A DNA stretch of 64,000 bases from NCBI GenBank assembly GCA_002269645.1, contig NIVC01001130.1:186001-250000 (forward strand). Direction: 5' to 3'. The first letter of the stretch is position 1; each line of letters opens with the position of its first letter. Under the pieces are notes generated by a model. The model ran no database searches and had not been told where the DNA came from. It saw nothing but the letters and a program-made list of their open reading frames with translations. The position numbers were made by a program, and so were the translations under genes. The DNA comes from Macrostomum lignano. Taxonomy: Eukaryota. This document shows, in pieces, positions 60,216 through 64,000 of this stretch.

Positions 60216-63125
60216 ATGACAAAAGAGTCCGGCTCTCCGATAGACGAAGAGAAGCCAAGGACGCCGGGCTCCAGACAGGGGTCGGCTAAATCTGGAAGGA
60301 GCGCCCGAAGCGAAGGTGCTCGCAGCGACAAGTCCGCAGCGAAGAGCGACCGATCTGCTGGGGCAAAAAGCGACAAGTCTGCGGCCGCAAAGAGCGACAA
60401 GTCCGCGCCCAGGTCAACTAGGTCCGCCAAGTCGCCCAAGGAATCAGCTGAAGGTCAGCGCGAAGAAGAGGCTCGCTCTCCGGGCGCTCCAGCAGCTGAG
60501 GACGAGACCAAGGAGCTACATGAGCCACCAGAAGATGAAGATGCAGGAGCTGAGAGGGCTGAAGGATCTGAGGACAGGCATCAGCATGAAGCGGAAGGAG
60601 GCCTGGAGGCTATCGCCGAGGAGGCCATTCGCGATGAAGTCGAAGCTCTGAACAAAGAGTTGGACAACATTCAGATCAGTGTGCCTACCTTCAATGAGTT
60701 TGTTCAGCACGAAACAGAGTTTCGGTTCAAAGAGTTTCCAGTAAGTTATCACGAGAACACTGTCACTGAGGACATTGTTCTGTCGTATGCCGCCAATTTC
60801 CGCCGTCAGTACTCTCACCTCGAGAAAGATCGTAAGCCGCTATTTCTAAACCCCCTAAATGAATGCAACGTTGAGAAGTTCGTCTGCACAACGCTGAATC
60901 CCACAAAGTTGCCGTATAGAGAACTGTACGATTGGCACGGAGCGGCGAGCTTCGTAGCAGACTATCTCAACTACGTACTGCTAGACCCACCGACTGAACT
61001 GCCGGAGCGAATGTTTTCTCCGGCCACAACGCTGGAGATTCAAAAAGGGCACTGCTTTGAGTACTCGCAGTTGCTCTGCTCTCTGCTTCTCGGCTGCGGC
61101 TACGATGCCTACGTGGTTAGTGGCTACGCTACCAGAGAGATCTGCATGATGGACGAATCGCGCGACACTTGCCCAGAGCTGCAGAAGAAGGAGGAAGCTA
61201 AGCGCGAAGACACGGCAGTTGAGCAGAAAAAGTACACAGTGAAACCGCCGAAGGACTTGCGTAGTCAGTTTATACTCAACATGGAGGCTCGCAAAGTGAG
61301 GGAAGAGCAGGAGCGCGAAGAGGAGCGGAGAAAGGAAGCGGTTCGTCGTGAGCTTGAAGCGGAGCGGCCAGCCAATGACCCACTGTACGGTCTGCGAGTT
61401 CATTCTTGGGTTCTCGTGCTTGCTGGAAAGCGCGAAGTACCCGAGGGCTTCTTCATCGAGCCACTCACTGGCGTGGCCAGGCCACTGGTCAACGATGACT
61501 ACTGCGGCATCGAGAGCCTCTGGAATCACAAGAACTACTACGTCAATATGCAAAGCTGCCGTGAAGGAGTGCGGAAGCTTAGCTACGACCTTGGCGACTG
61601 TACACTGTGGGAGTTCATGTTTCCCAGCAACGAAAAGCCGCTTTACCTGCTGCCTGAGGTCAAGGAGAATCGCGACGATGAGGAAGGCGACGAAGACAAT
61701 GAAAGGGCTGAAGACATTGAGAGGCACTTGGACATGCCAAAGACTTGGACAAAGCCAATCGTCCTGTCGCGGCGAGATTTCGAGACCCGATGCCCGCATG
61801 GAAAGAAAACTAAACTCTACAAGAAGGCAAAGCTGGAGAAGTTCGCACCGTACTTACTTCGAGACGGCATGGTGCTGCGGCTATCAATTTACACGGACAG
61901 AACGCTTTCTGACCTAGTTGAGGTCCGGGAGCACTTTGAGAACCGGGTGGATAAGCTGACCTTGCGCGTCAGGGATGTGGCCAGCGGCAAGGTAACTGAA
62001 CACTTTGCCAAAGGACGAATGGAAAGGCTGCATGAGCACCAGTACTTCGAGGCCATGCCAGGTCCGGAAACCGAGCGGGTCATGTTTTTCTACAATGAGG
62101 CTCGCGTGGACTGCCTGGCTCGCAGAGAGGAATGGCCTCTGGAGATGAAGGAGTACTTCGTCAATCGTCCTGATCGGCTGTACTTTCGACACACGGTATT
62201 TTCGAAACGCGTGAAAAAGTTTGCTCCCCAAAGCGCCCCCGGTGAACACGAGGTGCGTCCGATCAGCAGAATCGAGGAGAAGTTCGCTCGCAATCCGAAT
62301 GTTCCGGCCAACGAGGATGTTGCTGAGCGAATATTCGTACTGACAGAGGACCGCATTCAGCTGGTGTACCATACCGACTCCAGCAAGATCGCGGCCAGCA
62401 CTCGCGAGTATATAAAGCCACCAAATGCTGACGAGAAAGGCACCGTGATTCTTCTACCGCCAGATAATCACAGCACCTTTCAGGTGGACCCGAATAGGTC
62501 AAGCAAAAAGGAAGTCGAAGTCTACCAGCTCATGCTGGACCTTATCGCGATCGAGGAGAAAACCAAGGAGCGCGTGCGGGCCTCGGAGAAAGAGTCTCTC
62601 GATATTCTCAATGCCCGATCGCGGGAGGAGGCCGACGCGGAGATGGAAATCAGCCTGTACGACACGGAGAGGAACGAGAAGGCGAAGAAGCACCGCGAAG
62701 AGCTGGAGCGCCAGCGCCAGGAGGAACTGATGCGCAACCGCGAGCTGGAACTGGACTACTTGGCGCCGTTCCTTGCTCAGCTGGGCGAGCCAACCAAGAT
62801 CACCAAAGAGATCGCGTTCGAGCTGCGCAAGGTCTGTCTGGAGGACTTCAAGCACCGCCTTATTGACATAGCCAATCTCATCCAGAGCCGCTTCGAGAGG
62901 CAGAGCGCGGACCTGCAGAAGAAGCAGAGCTGGTACCAGCAGAATCAAGTTAACATGTCGAAGAACGATGAAGAGGAGTACCTGAAGTACTGCAGCGAGG
63001 CCATGTTCAAAATTCAGATCCTTGAGGAGATGCTGCAGCGACACAAGAATATGGCGCCGCACAAATTCCAAGCGCTGGAACTGAAGCTGCGGACCGATCC
63101 CAGGCTGCAGGAGTTCTTGAATTAG
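60216..63125 (+). CDS. DRC7: Dynein regulatory complex subunit 7 (CCDC135), 969 aa, intronless
   Basis: Transglutaminase-like KGHCFEYSQLLCSLLLGCGYDAYVVSGY, HSWVLVLAGKREVPE.FFIEP, GIESLWNHKNY, FETRCP.GKK..YKKAKLEKFAPYL; C-terminal coiled coil. Confidence 0.95.
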   Translation: MTKESGSPIDEEKPRTPGSRQGSAKSGRSARSEGARSDKSAAKSDRSAGAKSDKSAAAKSDKSAPRSTRSAKSPKESAEGQREEEARSPGAPAAEDETKELHEPPEDEDAGAERAEGSEDRHQHEAEGGLEAIAEEAIRDEVEALNKELDNIQISVPTFNEFVQHETEFRFKEFPVSYHENTVTEDIVLSYAANFRRQYSHLEKDRKPLFLNPLNECNVEKFVCTTLNPTKLPYRELYDWHGAASFVADYLNYVLLDPPTELPERMFSPATTLEIQKGHCFEYSQLLCSLLLGCGYDAYVVSGYATREICMMDESRDTCPELQKKEEAKREDTAVEQKKYTVKPPKDLRSQFILNMEARKVREEQEREEERRKEAVRRELEAERPANDPLYGLRVHSWVLVLAGKREVPEGFFIEPLTGVARPLVNDDYCGIESLWNHKNYYVNMQSCREGVRKLSYDLGDCTLWEFMFPSNEKPLYLLPEVKENRDDEEGDEDNERAEDIERHLDMPKTWTKPIVLSRRDFETRCPHGKKTKLYKKAKLEKFAPYLLRDGMVLRLSIYTDRTLSDLVEVREHFENRVDKLTLRVRDVASGKVTEHFAKGRMERLHEHQYFEAMPGPETERVMFFYNEARVDCLARREEWPLEMKEYFVNRPDRLYFRHTVFSKRVKKFAPQSAPGEHEVRPISRIEEKFARNPNVPANEDVAERIFVLTEDRIQLVYHTDSSKIAASTREYIKPPNADEKGTVILLPPDNHSTFQVDPNRSSKKEVEVYQLMLDLIAIEEKTKERVRASEKESLDILNARSREEADAEMEISLYDTERNEKAKKHREELERQRQEELMRNRELELDYLAPFLAQLGEPTKITKEIAFELRKVCLEDFKHRLIDIANLIQSRFERQSADLQKKQSWYQQNQVNMSKNDEEEYLKYCSEAMFKIQILEEMLQRHKNMAPHKFQALELKLRTDPRLQEFLN

Positions 63126-63771
63126 ACACAAACTGGCTTAACTCTTGATGTTGCTGATGGAACTTTCTGGGACACACTGTCTTTTTTAATTATTTCGTGT
63201 CATCAATTTCTCTAGCATATGTGCCCTTTGCTACTTATAAAAGTAGCTAGTGTACTTCGTATTTTTTACAGTTTCCGTCTAAAATTTTCATATATTTTAA
63301 ATAAGGAATGTAAGAATTGATGCTCGGAAGTGAACTGATCGACTATTATTAAATTTTTGTTTTCATAACTATTCTGTCAAAATATTTAAATAAAAATACT
63401 GAAAAAAATCGACTGTTTTACAAGCGTCCGCTTTAATTAAGAATTAAATCTTGCAGTCTTTCAACTTGCAGATAAATGCAGATCTTAGCTAGAGAAAAAG
63501 ATCGCAACACTTGTTGTAAAGATACTGCAGGACTGCATGTACTTTTAAATTTTCGCTGATAGAAAATGAAATGCAACACTACAGTGGAGTTAAAGTGCTT
63601 TGAACAAACCACTTCTTCAATTAGATATCAAATTTACAAATTTACTACAGCACGATTGTAAAATTCGTTTTTATTAAATGCTCAAAAAGTGTTACTATAA
63701 AATTAGGGCATAAAAGAGACTAACTGCTGGGCTTTTAACGGAATTAGCTTGGACCACGGGACTCTGGTAAA

Positions 63772-64000
<229 letters not shown>

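Overview
Eukaryotic (animal) genomic DNA with GC-rich exons in introns and intergenic spacers packed with many different micro- and minisatellites. The style resembles the free-living flatworm Macrostomum; this is inferred from composition only. Genes, in order: (1) last exon of a GPI-anchored folate-receptor-family gene (+). (2) A 12-exon model on the - strand (3106-25037) whose C-terminal part is a synaptotagmin-15-like tandem-C2 protein and whose first two exons encode a TMEM55/PIP4P-like Cys-rich, 2-TM module. All 11 junctions are GT-AG and phase-compatible, giving a candidate 905-aa fusion protein. (3) A single-exon, highly diverged class A GPCR (+). (4) GTPBP1 (-, 4 exons). (5) A head-to-head pair of ciliary genes with intronless CDSs, IQCB1/NPHP5 (-) and DRC7/CCDC135 (+), sharing a spacer with an RFX X-box. 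Mobile DNA: two hAT-type MITEs with exact 8-bp TSDs (one carrying an internal 21-bp array), a tRNA/CORE-like SINE, a foldback element, a TIR element and a palindromic insert. About 30 distinct tandem arrays generate most long ORFs in the ORF track, and these ORFs are artefacts. No CRISPR, rRNA or intact tRNA gene is supported. All splice models and homology calls were made by eye from remembered family motifs.
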